Source: an uncultured Pelotomaculum sp. (GTDB lineage: Bacteria > Bacillota > Desulfotomaculia > Desulfotomaculales > Pelotomaculaceae). Taken from it: a DNA stretch of 64,000 bases. This document shows positions 63,208 to 64,000 of this stretch, in pieces. Under the pieces are notes generated by a model. It was given only the letters and a program-made list of their open reading frames with translations. It did not search any database and was not told where the DNA came from. The stretch is taken from the NCBI GenBank assembly GCA_964498525.1, contig CAZCGU010000007.1, forward strand, positions 47,405-111,404. The letters are read 5' to 3'. The first letter of the stretch is position 1, and the number at the start of each line of letters is the position of its first letter. The translations under genes and the position numbers were made by a program.

Positions 63208-63896
63208 TGAGCCGCAGCCCCGCGGGACCCTCGCTGGTTTGTATACCGGAATGCAACAACTTGGGCTTATGGAAGACACCGGGTGAAAATAAAGGAATGG
63301 GTGGGCAAGGTTCCAAAAATAAAGGAGAGTTTACTGAAAAAATAAAGGGCCGGCCAGGTGATATTCCTTTCAGGGGATAAATATAAACTTGCAGATCACT
63401 TATCACTTATAAATGTTAGCCATAAATATTTGTTGATACCATTCAAACATAAGAATATAATGGAATGAAATTCAACATTTATCTGCACAAAATCCACCTG
63501 TTGTTTTTTGACAGGAAGTGGCGCGTAGAATTGACGGGCGCGAAATAGGCAATGGCCGGCGGCCATCTCTGGCCAGGCCAGGATGTCTGCGGTTTCCAAC
63601 TGCTGCCGGCGCTGCGGATGAACTGGAGGAACGGTTCAATAACTGCAGCCGGTCGTCATCCTCTGCTTCTGCGATGTGTAAGAGGTTCCGGGAAACAGCA
63701 GTTAGTTAGCTGATGTTTCCAATAAACTTTTGTTTTCCATCGTTTTCCTGGCCGGGTTCAAACAAGTGTTAATGTTACGGTTTCTTTAACGTGCAGCCTA
63801 TGATTTGTCCTATATGGCGTGCTCCAACTGCCGCATTTGGCCAGGATTTTGCAGCTAATGGGCTGTCACAAAAACATTTCAATCCAGGGGGAAAAA

Positions 63897-64000
63897 ATGA
63901 ACATTGAAAAAACCTTAAACGCAAATGAACTGACCATTGCTCTTACCGGACGTCTGGACACCACCACCGCCCCGCAGTTGGAGGCGGAGCTGAAGACCTC
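63897..64000 (+). CDS. 5' part of a STAS-domain anti-sigma-factor antagonist (SpoIIAA-like); runs off the right edge
   Basis: ATG after AGGGGGA. MNIEKTLNANELTIALTGRLDTTTAPQLEAELKT is the typical STAS N-terminus (L.G.LD..TAP.L...L). Confidence 0.6.
   Translation, partial: MNIEKTLNANELTIALTGRLDTTTAPQLEAELKT

Noticed and set aside
62215-63406. ORFs of 71-140 aa on both strands across CRISPR array 2
   Set aside because: The same repeat-translation artefact as in array 1.
63210-63720. A triple AAAATAAAGG motif (63286, 63316, 63339) and ORFs 63396-63599 (minus strand) / 63518-63709 (plus strand) after array 2
   Set aside because: The motif spacing is irregular (30 and 23 nt). The ORFs overlap each other, are Arg/Ala/Ser-rich and lack RBSs. 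This is probably a non-coding or decayed sequence.

Overview
Gene content suggests a Gram-positive, spore-forming anaerobe (Clostridia/Peptococcaceae-like); this is inference only. The window is mostly accessory DNA and falls into five blocks.

(1) 1-9.4 kb: a decayed prophage or integrative-element remnant. It holds a 1315-aa tape measure gene, an Xis-like HTH gene, a 3' fragment of tRNA-Arg(UCU) that looks like an att scar, and an IS3 transposase fragment. Small toxin-antitoxin-like cassettes sit in and after it, and a frameshifted metallophosphatase follows.

(2) 12.5-20.7 kb: a MerR regulator coupled to a VIT-vWA protein, then rsgA, then a large PAS/GAF histidine kinase.

(3) 21.3-33.2 kb: a defence-island-like block. 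Its core is a tightly coupled four-gene operon: DUF499-type P-loop ATPase, DUF3780-like protein, DUF1156-type DPPY methyltransferase, and a PLD-nuclease/SNF2-helicase fusion. Imperfect 64-bp direct repeats bracket the operon. A divergent Fe-S uracil-DNA-glycosylase-fold gene and a two-gene cassette of unknown function follow it. This is my best candidate for a mechanistically undescribed system.

(4) 33.3-39.4 kb: housekeeping-like genes: an HDAC-family deacetylase, an SDH Clp-fold protease, and a TetR-led ABC importer operon.

(5) 40.0-63.2 kb: a composite CRISPR-Cas locus.
- A type I-B (Cst1/Cst2/Cas5t-like) interference module with cas6.
- An adaptation module in the order cas1-cas2-cas4-csa1.
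- Array 1 with 12 repeats.
- A type III-D(v)-like effector operon with an HD-less but GGDD-intact Cas10, flanked by two CARF effectors (one with a PD-D/ExK nuclease domain, one HEPN-like).
- Array 2 with 13 repeats, whose leader and an upstream csa1 3' fragment are a duplication of the array-1 junction.

The window ends with the 5' part of a STAS-domain gene. I found no rRNA and no intact tRNA. All family assignments come from motifs read by eye in the supplied translations. No searches were run.
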